This document shows positions 34,220-43,720 of a DNA stretch of 64,000 bases, one piece after another; position 1 is the stretch's first letter, and every line of letters starts with the position of its first letter. The notes beneath the pieces were generated by a model. That model ran no database searches. It was given only the letters and a program-made list of their open reading frames with translations, and was not told where the DNA came from. The position numbers were made by a program, and so were the translations under genes. Origin of the DNA: a candidate division WWE3 bacterium (lineage in GTDB: Bacteria > Patescibacteriota > WWE3 > UBA101185 > UBA10185); NCBI GenBank assembly GCA_014729135.1, contig WJKK01000001.1, positions 260,588-324,587 of the forward strand. Reading direction: 5' to 3'.

Positions 34220-35989
34220 ATGACAGAACCAAAAACATTCCCTGGTAAACCCAAAACCACCTGGAACTTAGACCTCATAGGCAACACAACCCTCCAAAAA
34301 GTTCAAAAAGAAGCCAAGAAATTCATCGAAAAATGGAAAAAGCGCAAAGATTACCTCCAAAAACCCTCCATATTAAAAGAAGCTCTGGATGACTACAACC
34401 AATGGGAGGAAAAATACTCCATGGGAGGCGATGAAGCCTACAAACTGATACTAAAACTCACACTTGATCAAAACAACGCAAAATTAAAAGCTCAATACAA
34501 CAAACTTCATGAAAAATACATTGAACTCTACAACTCACTCCAGTTTTTTATGCTAAACATCTCAAAAATTCCGCCAAAGGAACAGCCAAAATTCCTAAAA
34601 GCACCGGAGCTTGCAAAATACCGTTACTTTTTAAAAGGTCAGTTTGAAATAGCTAAATACCTGCTTACCGAAAAGGAAGAGCGAATTCTAAACTTAAAAT
34701 CAAAAGTAGCCTTTGGCAATTGGGTGGACATGACAGAAAATCTTATTTCAAAAGAAACTCGTGACGGCAAAAGTTTCTCCGAAATCCTATCTGAAACAAG
34801 CGACCCTAATAAATCCAAGCGGGATAAAGCAGCAAAATGGCTAAATGAAATCTTTGAAAATCACATTGATCCGGGGGAGCATGAGTTAAATTCGGTTTTA
34901 GAAAACGCCAAAATTAATCAAAAGTTGCGCGGTTATAAGCGCCCTGATGAGCCTCGGCACGTTGGCGATGACATAGAAACCGAAGTAGTAGATGCTTTGC
35001 TTACGGCGGTAACTTCTCGTTATGACATTTCGCAAAAGTTTTATGAGTTAAAGGCTAAGCTTTTGGGCTTTGAGCAGCTGGAATATCACGAGCGCAATGT
35101 GCCTTATGGCAAGGCCGAGAAGGAGTATGAGTTTGAAGATGCTTTGGCACTTGTAAATGAGACTTTTTATGATTTGGATCCCGAGTTTGCCCAGTATTTT
35201 CATAACTATTTTAAGCAAGGTCAATTTGATGCCTTCCCCAAAAAAGGAAAAAGTTCAGGTGCAGCTTGCTTTTCCGGTTTAAAAACCCAGCCGATTTATA
35301 TCTATTTAAACTTCACAAAAAAGCTTAGAAACGTTACTACAATAGCGCATGAGATGGGACATGCAATTCATAGCGAGTTGGTTTTTAAGTCGCAGCCGGC
35401 TATTTATGCAGGCACTTCTTTGGCAACGGCAGAAACGGCTAGCACTTTAATGGAGGATTTTGTTGTTCAACGGATTCTGCATGACGCCGATGATGAGTTG
35501 AAGCTGGCACTCCAAATGGAGCAGCTTAATGATTCGGTTTCTACAATTCAGCGTCAAATTGCTTGTTATAAGTTTGAGCAAGAGCTTCATGAGAGTTTTC
35601 GCAGGGAGGGCTATCTTTCCAAGGAGCAAATTGGGGAGCTTTTTCAAAAGCACATGGCTGCTTATATGGGGGATTTTGTGGAGCAGTCAAAGGGTTCGCA
35701 AAATTGGTGGCTTTATTGGAGTCATATTCGCCGTCACTTTTATGTTTATTCTTATGCCAGCGGGCTTTTAATTTCTAAGTCGCTGCAAAAGCGTGTTAAG
35801 GAGACTCCGGAGTTTATAAAGGAGGTTAAGGAGGTTTTAGCTTTAGGTACTTCAAAATCCCCTAAGGATGCGTTTTTGGAGATAGACATTGACATTTCTA
35901 ATCCTGATTTTTGGTTGCAGGGTTTAAAGGAGCAGTCGCAGCTTTTAGATGACACTTGGACATTAGCGGAAAAACTTGGCAAAATATAG
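34220..35989 (+). CDS. pepF: oligoendopeptidase F (M3B family)
   Basis: HEMGHAIH zinc motif; ~590 aa M3B architecture. Confidence 0.85.
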   Translation: MTEPKTFPGKPKTTWNLDLIGNTTLQKVQKEAKKFIEKWKKRKDYLQKPSILKEALDDYNQWEEKYSMGGDEAYKLILKLTLDQNNAKLKAQYNKLHEKYIELYNSLQFFMLNISKIPPKEQPKFLKAPELAKYRYFLKGQFEIAKYLLTEKEERILNLKSKVAFGNWVDMTENLISKETRDGKSFSEILSETSDPNKSKRDKAAKWLNEIFENHIDPGEHELNSVLENAKINQKLRGYKRPDEPRHVGDDIETEVVDALLTAVTSRYDISQKFYELKAKLLGFEQLEYHERNVPYGKAEKEYEFEDALALVNETFYDLDPEFAQYFHNYFKQGQFDAFPKKGKSSGAACFSGLKTQPIYIYLNFTKKLRNVTTIAHEMGHAIHSELVFKSQPAIYAGTSLATAETASTLMEDFVVQRILHDADDELKLALQMEQLNDSVSTIQRQIACYKFEQELHESFRREGYLSKEQIGELFQKHMAAYMGDFVEQSKGSQNWWLYWSHIRRHFYVYSYASGLLISKSLQKRVKETPEFIKEVKEVLALGTSKSPKDAFLEIDIDISNPDFWLQGLKEQSQLLDDTWTLAEKLGKI

Positions 35990-37290
35990 GTATGGTGGAT
36001 AAAACAGCTAATTTGGAGGTGGGCCAACCCGACAATTCAGGCCAGGTTCAACCGACAGGAGACTTGGAAAATTCCTCGAACAAAATTGAAAATTCCGGTG
36101 AGGGCAATCAAAAAGCTTCTCCGAAGGGCAATCAAAAACAAAAAAAGCGTTTTCACATGTCATTTCTATTAAAACTTCTGCTACTTGGAGCAGCCGCTTT
36201 TCTAGCAGTTTTTGCTTACCTTGTGATAACTCAAAACCCTGCTGTGATGCGAGACGAGCTAGAACCTGAAGAGCCTCAAGTTATAACAAAGCCCGAGCTG
36301 GAAAATCCTATAAAGACGTACACAAGTGAAAAGTTTAAATTTTCGATTCAATATAATACTGACATTCATGAATTTGAGCGTCGTGCTGCTTTTTCAACAC
36401 AGCCTCCGCAGTTTGTTATTACGCATCAAGGAGCTAATCAGGCTGATTTAGACACGGAAAAGGACTTAACGGATGGTTACATTGTTAAAATTTCAGCTTA
36501 TGAAAATCCGGGAATTGATGCGCTTGTTTCGGCTCAAAGGAAGCGGGAAAAGTTTACGCTGGAGTGTCCGGAAATTACGGAGGTTCGGGAAATTTATTCT
36601 CGCAATATTGATGGCGCTGAAGCAAAAAGTTTTGAAGTTATTAATTGTCCGCAAAATTACGTAGAGAATTTTATTGGTTTTGGTGACGATGTTTTGGAGA
36701 TTACGCAGATTTATCGCGGGGATATTGGTTTTAAGCAAAGTTACAGAGCCCAAACGGATGAAATTGTTCGAAATTTTAAGTTGCTGCGGGATCCTGAGGA
36801 GGCTCCGGAAATAGCTTCGTTTGAAAGCCTTGAATATCAGCTTAGCTTTATCCATCCCGTTTTAAATGCTAAGTGTTGTTCGGTTACGGCTCCTTCTATT
36901 GAAGGGCTGGAGAAGGTGGTGGTTTTGGCGGATGCCTCCGAAACGGATGAGGAGGGTAATGTTTTAAACAAACTGGGGATTTTTGCATATCCGTCTAAAG
37001 GTAAGTCGTTTGATTTGTTTTTAAATGAGCAAAAGCAAGCGCTAATTCAGGAGTTTAAGATTGTTGAGGAGGAGAATCCTACAAATTTGCGTGAGGAGGT
37101 AGTTTCTGTAGGTGGTCGTGACGCTTATAAGTTGGTGAATTATGCTTGGTGGGGGGATATTGTGTTTTTGGAGCATCCTAATGCGAATTATTTTTTGGTG
37201 TTTGTTATTCCTGAAGATGCAACAGAGGATTTTTCGGCTGTAGTTGGGGAGATTTTCGCCTCCTTTGGATTTGTGGTTGAAGAGGAGTAG
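35956..37290 (+). CDS. hypothetical membrane-anchored extracytoplasmic protein
   Basis: Low-complexity N-terminus, TM LLKLLLLGAAAFLAVFAYLVI, ~350 aa extracellular region with no recognised motif. Confidence 0.4.
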   Translation: MDISGKTWQNIGMVDKTANLEVGQPDNSGQVQPTGDLENSSNKIENSGEGNQKASPKGNQKQKKRFHMSFLLKLLLLGAAAFLAVFAYLVITQNPAVMRDELEPEEPQVITKPELENPIKTYTSEKFKFSIQYNTDIHEFERRAAFSTQPPQFVITHQGANQADLDTEKDLTDGYIVKISAYENPGIDALVSAQRKREKFTLECPEITEVREIYSRNIDGAEAKSFEVINCPQNYVENFIGFGDDVLEITQIYRGDIGFKQSYRAQTDEIVRNFKLLRDPEEAPEIASFESLEYQLSFIHPVLNAKCCSVTAPSIEGLEKVVVLADASETDEEGNVLNKLGIFAYPSKGKSFDLFLNEQKQALIQEFKIVEEENPTNLREEVVSVGGRDAYKLVNYAWWGDIVFLEHPNANYFLVFVIPEDATEDFSAVVGEIFASFGFVVEEE

Positions 37291-37324
37291 AGAGCTGCAA
37301 GTCTTGGGCTTGTGTGCGAAGTTT

Positions 37325-37400
37325 TGGTGACCCCACGGGGAATTGAACCCCGGTTTTCGGGATGAGAACCCGATGTCCTAGTCCACTAGACGATGGGGCC
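37325..37400 (-). tRNA. tRNA-Glu (anticodon CUC), CCA encoded
   Basis: Reverse complement ggccccatcgtctagtggactaggacatcgggTTCTCATcccgaaaaccggggttcaattccccgtggggtcacca parallels E. coli tRNA-Glu; anticodon loop UUCUCAU. Confidence 0.75.
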
Positions 37401-37517
37401 TAAGGAAAACCGCAAAGCTTCGTCATTCTAACAAAAAAATCCTTGGTAGTTAAGCTTTAAATAGATTATCTTTTTGACGACTTCCGTGAATTAAAAAAGT
37501 AACCCTGTTCGAATAAC

Positions 37518-37934
37518 CTAAAACTTCACCAACTCCATCTCCTCAAACACCTCAAAATCCTTAACATTATTCGTTGCAATCTTATAAATAGAATTTGACA
37601 AGGCTGTTGCCACTAAATAGGCATCATATATCTTATTTGAAGTTACTTTGTACTTTTTAAGCAACCTAAAGAAATGTTCCCTTGTGTATATGTTAGGAGA
37701 AATATGTATGCATAAATCACTTACTCTTTTTACCGCTTCCATTGCATCCTTTAAAGAAGCCGTCTTTTTGTACTTTTCATGTGTAAGGACTCTAATTGCT
37801 TCGTTTATGTTTTGATCTGCTAAGGCAAGCTGGGGAAGATGAAGGTTTATGAATTCCCTTGCTTGCTGATTTAAGAGATCATTTTCATTTATAGAGAAGA
37901 TCAGAATATTTGTGTCCAGGAGGATTTCAGGCAT
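37518..37934 (-). CDS. PIN-domain ribonuclease (VapC-like toxin)
   Basis: MPEILLDTNILI N-terminal PIN signature with downstream acidic residues; 138 aa. Confidence 0.7.
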   Translation of the reverse strand: MPEILLDTNILIFSINENDLLNQQAREFINLHLPQLALADQNINEAIRVLTHEKYKKTASLKDAMEAVKRVSDLCIHISPNIYTREHFFRLLKKYKVTSNKIYDAYLVATALSNSIYKIATNNVKDFEVFEEMELVKF

Positions 37935-38591
37935 TTAGCTTTGGTAATAGTCCTCTCGTGTTAAATCGTGAGGAATATCCAGATCTAAGGTCATAAAGTT
38001 CACTTTTTTCTTACTGGGGATTTTCTTTCGTAACTCGTTTTTTTTCTGAGCTCTGAAAATATTTTTTCTGTAGTATTCCAGTTCCGCAATGGATTCTTTG
38101 ATATCTTCTAAGGCTCTGTGGTTCTTTTTCTTTTCGAACTTCGGAATTTCCGGGAACCATCTCTGAGCTAGAAGCTTAGTTGTAGTTATATCTATCAATC
38201 TGTAATGTAAGTAACTATCAAGTTTTTTCATATAGTTTTTTAAGAACATCCTATCCATATATATTGAGTTTCCACATAAAGGAGATTCACCTTCTGCAAC
38301 ATGTTTTTTAATAAATTCCAAAATTTCTTTTTCAGCGCTTTCCTCTGTATATGAAGATTCTTTCATTTTTTCGATGAATCCTGAGTCAAAAAAAGTTTCC
38401 TTCATAAAGGGATTTGTTACATCAAATAGGCTTTCCTCTTGTTTTATGATTATTTCTGGGCCTTCTGCAATAACTTCAAGATTTTCATTTGTTATGAGGC
38501 ACGCTATTTCTGTGATTCGATCTGTAAATGGATCCAGTCCTGTCATTTCAAGATCCATCCAAACCAGATTACTTGCCTTTCTGTGAGTCAT
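37935..38591 (-). CDS. orn: oligoribonuclease (DEDDh 3'-5' exonuclease) with a ~37 aa basic/acidic C-terminal extension
   Basis: WMDLEMTGLDP (Exo I), HRALEDIKESIAELEYYR (Exo III H-x4-D); 218 aa versus ~181 aa typical. Confidence 0.8.
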   Translation of the reverse strand: MTHRKASNLVWMDLEMTGLDPFTDRITEIACLITNENLEVIAEGPEIIIKQEESLFDVTNPFMKETFFDSGFIEKMKESSYTEESAEKEILEFIKKHVAEGESPLCGNSIYMDRMFLKNYMKKLDSYLHYRLIDITTTKLLAQRWFPEIPKFEKKKNHRALEDIKESIAELEYYRKNIFRAQKKNELRKKIPSKKKVNFMTLDLDIPHDLTREDYYQS

Positions 38592-38630
38592 ATCGGAATT
38601 TTATCATAAAGTGCATGCTATAATCCCCCT

Positions 38631-39476
38631 ATGACAACAACAGAACTCAAACAAGATATTATCTCTGTTGAAACGCGGGCCTGGTTAGACAATCCTCAAA
38701 AGATCAAGACAGCTTTGGAAAATCAAGGAGCCAAGTTAATTTCCTCTTTCACAATAGAAGACGAATTTTATGCGGATTTAAGCAATCTTTCAGCAAAAAG
38801 TCACACATTTGACCAAAAACAAGAAGCTGCGCGAATCCGTAAGATCACAAACGCCAATGATTCCATGTTTGTAGCTTGTGTAAAGTCTGCCTTAGAAGAA
38901 ACTCCCGAGAATTTAAACCTGCATGACATGACGCAAATAACCTACTACGAAGAGGCTCCCGTGGAAAAGGCGCAAAAGGATCGTTTGGTTAAAAAGTTGG
39001 CGGAAAAAGGCTTTCCGACTCTGCTTAAAAAGATAACTAAAGAGCGAACGGCCTATACTTTGAATAATTTTACAGTCACAATTGACGAGATTAAAGGATT
39101 TAGTACGGCTATAGAAGTTAGAACTTCGCTTTCTAATCCGGCGGAAGCTCCGGAGGTTAAGATGACAGAGATTGAATTTTTAAAGGCTTTGGGTATTCCA
39201 CAGGAGGATATTATTGAGAAAAGTTACACTCACCTGATTTTAGATGCGCACATTAGGTCGAATCCGGATTTGAAGCTGCCACATTTGAAGGAGGAGTTGA
39301 AGCGCCTAAAGGAGAAGCGTAAGGAGCTTTTGTTGCGAAGTGAGGAGCATTACAGAGAAGGTGGCGATGGGTGGCACGATAATGCAAGCTGGGATATTCT
39401 AATGGAGCGTATTAAGGTGCTTGATGCTAAGATTTCTAATTTGAAAATGGAGATTTTTGAGTTGCGCCGGAAATAG
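38631..39476 (+). CDS. hypothetical protein; C-terminal coiled-coil segment with a Gre-factor-like GDxxENAxY-type motif
   Basis: GGDGWHDNASWDILMERIKVLDAKISNL resembles the GreA N-terminal motif (MGDISENAEYDAARQEQ in the greA nearby). Confidence 0.35.
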   Translation: MTTTELKQDIISVETRAWLDNPQKIKTALENQGAKLISSFTIEDEFYADLSNLSAKSHTFDQKQEAARIRKITNANDSMFVACVKSALEETPENLNLHDMTQITYYEEAPVEKAQKDRLVKKLAEKGFPTLLKKITKERTAYTLNNFTVTIDEIKGFSTAIEVRTSLSNPAEAPEVKMTEIEFLKALGIPQEDIIEKSYTHLILDAHIRSNPDLKLPHLKEELKRLKEKRKELLLRSEEHYREGGDGWHDNASWDILMERIKVLDAKISNLKMEIFELRRK

Positions 39477-39541
39477 CGGAAACTCCCTTGTTTTAAAACT
39501 CCTACTAAGAGTCTCAGAAATTTTGTTAAAATACCCTTACC

Positions 39542-40672
39542 ATGACACCTGCTCAAACAACTCTCATAATCACAATCGTAATACTCTCCGGTTTAGGCCT
39601 TTTGGCCTATGTAGTAACGCAAAAGCTCAACTCCATAAAAAACGACCTTAAAGAGGACCTCAAAAAAGACACCGTTTTAACCCAATGGCTTGCGGAAATG
39701 AAAAAATCCATGGATCGCAACACAGACACCTTGCAAAGTCAGCTAAACGAGCAGCGTAAAACTTTAGATACAGAGCTTAAAAGTCAGCGGGAGGCTATGA
39801 ACAAGCAAACAAAGGTTATGTGGGAGCGCTTGGAAAACGCCTCCAAAGTTATTGGAAACGTCCAAAAGCACCTGGGAGGTCTAACCGAGTTGGGCAAGGA
39901 CATGAAAGACCTAAACAACATCTTAAAATCGCCAAAACTTCGAGGAGGTTTAGGTGAACAATTTTTATACGAAATCCTTGAAACTGCCCTTCCTAACGAC
40001 CTTTTCAAAACGCAATACAAATTTAAAAACGGTGCTACTTGTGATGCAGTTGTCTTCACAGATAAAGGCATAATTCCAATAGACTCCAAATTCCCCATGG
40101 AAAATTTTAAGGCCATGATTACAGCGGAAATAGAAAAAGAGCGTACAAGTTTTAAGCGCAAATTCATTCGCGATGTTAAAAAGCGAATAGATGAGATTTC
40201 CGATAAATACATCTTGCCGGAAGAAGGCACTACAGAGCAGGCAATAATGTACATTCCTTCTGAAAACGTCTTCTATGATTTAATAGTGCATTCCCCTAAA
40301 GTAGAGGAATATGCCCGTAGGAAGAGCGTTTTAATGACCTCGCCTAACACGCTTTCATTTTTTGTAAAAACGGTTTTAGTGGCTTATCAGCAGCATGAAC
40401 TGGCGAAGCACGCGCAACATATCATTAAGGCTTTAGCTGGAATAAAAGTGGAGGCTAGCAAGTTTGGTAGTGATTTAGAGACTTTGGGCAGGCATATAAC
40501 CAACTCCCATAAGAATATGGACAAAATTACGTCATCCTTTAATGAGCTTTTTGGTCGTATTGAAAGGGTTCAAACAGTAGAAGGAGTTGAAAACCTAGAC
40601 ACCCTAAATGAAGCGGAATCCATAGATAAATTGACAACAAAAAATACCTCTGATAAACTTCCCTCTGTTTGA
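39542..40672 (+). CDS. rmuC: DNA recombination protein RmuC
   Basis: N-terminal TM plus long coiled coil plus C-terminal RmuC nuclease-like domain; 376 aa. Confidence 0.7.
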   Translation: MTPAQTTLIITIVILSGLGLLAYVVTQKLNSIKNDLKEDLKKDTVLTQWLAEMKKSMDRNTDTLQSQLNEQRKTLDTELKSQREAMNKQTKVMWERLENASKVIGNVQKHLGGLTELGKDMKDLNNILKSPKLRGGLGEQFLYEILETALPNDLFKTQYKFKNGATCDAVVFTDKGIIPIDSKFPMENFKAMITAEIEKERTSFKRKFIRDVKKRIDEISDKYILPEEGTTEQAIMYIPSENVFYDLIVHSPKVEEYARRKSVLMTSPNTLSFFVKTVLVAYQQHELAKHAQHIIKALAGIKVEASKFGSDLETLGRHITNSHKNMDKITSSFNELFGRIERVQTVEGVENLDTLNEAESIDKLTTKNTSDKLPSV

Positions 40673-40735
40673 GCTTATGAAATGACTATAAAGCTTTTTT
40701 CATCAACGCCCCAATTTTAGAGGCGTTGTTTTTAT

Positions 40736-41227
40736 TTGATTAAAATTTACGGAGGAAATATGTCCGATACTGTCTACATAACAAAAGAAGGTTTAGAAAA
40801 ATTAAAGAAACAACTTACGGAACTCAAGGAAGAGCGTCGTCCGGCTGTTGCCAAAAGGATTAAAGAGGCAAGAGAGATGGGTGATATTTCCGAGAATGCC
40901 GAGTATGATGCTGCACGTCAGGAGCAGGCCTTTATTGAAGGTAAGATCTCGGAATTAGAGGAAGTTATTAAGGATGCTGAGGTAGTTGAGGAAGGTGCTA
41001 ATGGAGGCGATGGAGTTGTTCGTGTAGGCGCCAAGGTAACGGTGCATATTGAGGGTGAGGAAGAGACGTTTCATTTGGTAGGTGCTCATGAGGCTAATCC
41101 TATGGAGAACAAGATTTCGCATGAGTCTCCTTTGGGTGCTTCTTTGATGGGCAAAAAGGTTGGGGATAGCTTTGAGGTTGAAGCTCCTATTGGGAAGTTG
41201 ATTTATAAGATTAAGGCTGTTGAGTAG
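40736..41227 (+). CDS. greA: transcription elongation factor GreA
   Basis: MGDISENAEYDAARQEQAFIEGKISELE plus C-terminal FKBP-like domain; 163 aa. Confidence 0.85.
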   Translation: MIKIYGGNMSDTVYITKEGLEKLKKQLTELKEERRPAVAKRIKEAREMGDISENAEYDAARQEQAFIEGKISELEEVIKDAEVVEEGANGGDGVVRVGAKVTVHIEGEEETFHLVGAHEANPMENKISHESPLGASLMGKKVGDSFEVEAPIGKLIYKIKAVE

Positions 41228-41267
41228 GTTTTGTCTTAAGGGATTTTGTTGATTCCCTAAGTGTGTG

Positions 41268-41945
41268 TTAGATACTCTTCTGAAGCTGATTTAATCCCAG
41301 TTGCAAATCCTTTTTATCAATAATAAACGTCAACTCTGTTGCAGTGGAAACAACCTCAATAAGATTGATATTTTTAAGAGCCATTCTACGCATTAATCCG
41401 TACATAACATTGGGAATTTTTAAACAGCTTAGATCAAATTTTACTGTAATTCCCACCAAATCCTCCTTGTAATAGATAGTTTTTTTGTCCTTCAGAGCCT
41501 CTTTAAACTCAGCTAGCACCGAACTTTCAGCAACTATAGTAATCTCATTGATTCCCTGAGTGACCGTGACATAGGTTTTATTGTCCACATTTGTTTCTTT
41601 GTATATGTCTCGGATTCTCCTTGAAGTCTCCTCCGTCCTCTCATAGCTTATCCCTTCTAGATTGGAATGCACCGCAAGACTTTGAATTATGTTTTCTGTG
41701 GGAACCTTGTACGGAGGTATAGTGTCAATATACCTATTTACGGCTACAACTATGGATCCTACTTTAACCTCTTTCATTAAGGTTTCCTCTATTTCCGGCC
41801 TTATCTCACGAGCATAAGCTGAAGCATTTAGAAGTCCTCTAGAGGCCAGTGCTATAACTAAATCATCCCTTTTTATTATTTCTTCCACTATTTCTGAGAT
41901 TTTTATCATGTTTGTATTATAGCAAAACTGTATAAAATTATACAA
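41268..41945 (-). CDS. hypothetical protein with tandem ACT-like regulatory domains
   Basis: Two beta-alpha-beta-beta-alpha-beta-like segments reminiscent of aspartokinase regulatory ACT domains; weak. Confidence 0.3.
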   Translation of the reverse strand: MYNFIQFCYNTNMIKISEIVEEIIKRDDLVIALASRGLLNASAYAREIRPEIEETLMKEVKVGSIVVAVNRYIDTIPPYKVPTENIIQSLAVHSNLEGISYERTEETSRRIRDIYKETNVDNKTYVTVTQGINEITIVAESSVLAEFKEALKDKKTIYYKEDLVGITVKFDLSCLKIPNVMYGLMRRMALKNINLIEVVSTATELTFIIDKKDLQLGLNQLQKSI

Positions 41946-42012
41946 ACGTATAATTAATGTACATTAAGATTAAAAATTTTACATGATCTCTTTATTATCC
42001 TAAAATCCTGCC

Positions 42013-42285
42013 ATGCTATTTATCTCGTTATCATTAATAATTGGTTTTACGTTGGGGCTTGTGTTTAGGGGAAGATTCAGTAACCTTGAATTTTTGGAAA
42101 AGGTCATGGACCTATTGGTCCTACTACTTATTTTCTCTATAGGCATGAATTTAGGTTCCAACACCGTTTTGTTGGAGAATTTCTCCACACTTGGATTTCA
42201 GAGTATCCTTTTGGCTCTCTTCTGCTCCGCAGGAAGTGTCCTCTTAGTATTTCTTTTTACACTTAGGAGAAATAAGAATGTTTAA
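42013..42285 (+). CDS. LysO/DUF340-family membrane protein, small subunit
   Basis: 90-aa three-TM protein overlapping a 197-aa paralogous-fold membrane protein, the typical split DUF340 pair. Confidence 0.4.
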   Translation: MLFISLSLIIGFTLGLVFRGRFSNLEFLEKVMDLLVLLLIFSIGMNLGSNTVLLENFSTLGFQSILLALFCSAGSVLLVFLFTLRRNKNV

Positions 42286-42871
42286 AACAGGTACTGCTTT
42301 CTTATTGGGGACATTTGGAGGTTATTTGCTGTTGCGCAATTTTTCCCTTGATATAAGTTCCGCCATTTCTTACCTAGTTGCTCTTTTGCTGTTTTTTGTT
42401 GGTTTTTTGGTTGGAAATGATAGTAGGATTCTCGGAGATTCTTCCTGGAGAGTTCGTGATTATTTGGTGCCTTTGTTTTCCTTGATGGGTTCTGTCCTTG
42501 GGGGTTTATTAGTTGCTGCCCTTATTGGATCATTGCCTTTTTCGGATGCACTTCTCGCCTCTTTGGGAATGGGTTATTACAGTGTTCCTAGCATAATAGT
42601 TACCGCTCGTTTAAGTACCTCTATTGGTTCTTTAGTTCTGCTTACAAACATTTTACGTGAGGTGCTGGTTTTACTCTTTACTCCTCTTTTGGTTAAGAAA
42701 TTAAATAGGTTAGCACCCATTGCTCTTGGAGGTACTACAACAATGGATGTTTCGCTGCCCATAATTACAGAGTATTCGGGAAAGGACTATGTGGTGCCTG
42801 CTTTTATAAATGGAGTTGTTTTAACGGTAATAGTTCCATTGTTAGTAAGTTTAACCGTTTCTTTAATTTAA
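42278..42871 (+). CDS. LysO/DUF340-family membrane protein, large subunit
   Basis: 197-aa six-TM protein; ATGA-type overlap with the upstream partner. Confidence 0.4.
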   Translation: MFKTGTAFLLGTFGGYLLLRNFSLDISSAISYLVALLLFFVGFLVGNDSRILGDSSWRVRDYLVPLFSLMGSVLGGLLVAALIGSLPFSDALLASLGMGYYSVPSIIVTARLSTSIGSLVLLTNILREVLVLLFTPLLVKKLNRLAPIALGGTTTMDVSLPIITEYSGKDYVVPAFINGVVLTVIVPLLVSLTVSLI

Positions 42872-42880
42872 GGAGTTTTT

Positions 42881-43306
42881 ATGAAACAGGATTTTAGTAA
42901 AAAGATTAGTATAGTTATTAGCAATGAAATTCCCGACTGGAAGGCTATGAATGCTGTAGGCCATATAGCCGCTTATTTCGGTAATAAAATGGATGCAGTA
43001 TTTGATACGGGGGAGTCTTTTGTTGCACAGGATGGTGTGGCAATACCCCGTAACTCTCAATATGGCATTGTCGTTCTACAGGCGGATCAGGAGGGCTTGA
43101 ACGAATGGGCTTTAGAAATGCGTTCTGTCACCGATGTCCAGACAATGTTTTTTGTTAAAGAGATGATTGATACGGGGGATGATATTGAGTTGCAGCAAAT
43201 GTTGGATGTTCAAGACTTCAAGGATATTATCTTTTATGGAGTGGGTCTTTTTGGAGGGAATGAGATTTTAAGGGGTTATACAAATGCTTTCAAACTCTGG
43301 AGTTAG
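42881..43306 (+). CDS. hypothetical cytoplasmic protein
   Basis: 141 aa with no recognised motif; SD-adjacent to the previous gene. Confidence 0.35.
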   Translation: MKQDFSKKISIVISNEIPDWKAMNAVGHIAAYFGNKMDAVFDTGESFVAQDGVAIPRNSQYGIVVLQADQEGLNEWALEMRSVTDVQTMFFVKEMIDTGDDIELQQMLDVQDFKDIIFYGVGLFGGNEILRGYTNAFKLWS

Positions 43307-43330
43307 GATTTGCCTGAGTAAGTGAATAAG

Positions 43331-43359
43331 TTGTCTCCTCTGCTTTTTCATGCTAGAAT
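43331..43359 (+). promoter_or_regulatory. sigma70-like promoter driving the second T-box leader
   Basis: TTGTCT (43331-43336), 17 nt spacer, TAGAAT (43354-43359). Confidence 0.45.
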
Positions 43360-43365
43360 CCTGTC

Positions 43366-43675
43366 ATTGAAAAATAAATACTAAAAGCTATGATGAAGAG
43401 AGTACCAATAGGAAACGGTTTTACAGAGAGCGGTGCAAAGGTGAGAGTGCCGCATTTACGCCCTTTTGGGAACAAAGCTTCGGAGCTGCTGGAAGAAATT
43501 GCGTTTCGCGCAAGAGTAGAACCGTGCCGGGAGAGCCCGTTATAGCCGAAAACCTTGCTAGAGGTTGTAAGGCCTGTCTGGAAACGGATAGGTAAAAAGA
43601 GGTGGTACCGCGACAATAATCGCCCTCATTTGGATCTAAGTATATGCTTGGGTTTAGGTGAGGGCGTTTTTTGTT
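43366..43675 (+). promoter_or_regulatory. T-box riboswitch leader; specifier tentatively AAA (Lys)
   Basis: Stem I parallels the glyQS Stem I: K-turn AUGAUGA, GAAG, AGAGAGUA, upper stem ccaatagg/ccttttgg, loop GAACAAAG, CUUC. F-box CCCGTTATA (43536-43544), T-box GGTGGTACCGCGA (43601-43613), terminator cgccctca...tgagggcg plus T-tract (43621-43672). Confidence 0.65.
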
Positions 43676-43720
43676 GCCCTAATAAATAACGGGTTACATT
43701 TATAAGCAAGGAGGTTCGAG

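Noticed and set aside
43353-43616. 87-aa minus-strand ORF
   Set aside because: It lies entirely antisense to the second T-box leader, so it is an artefact.
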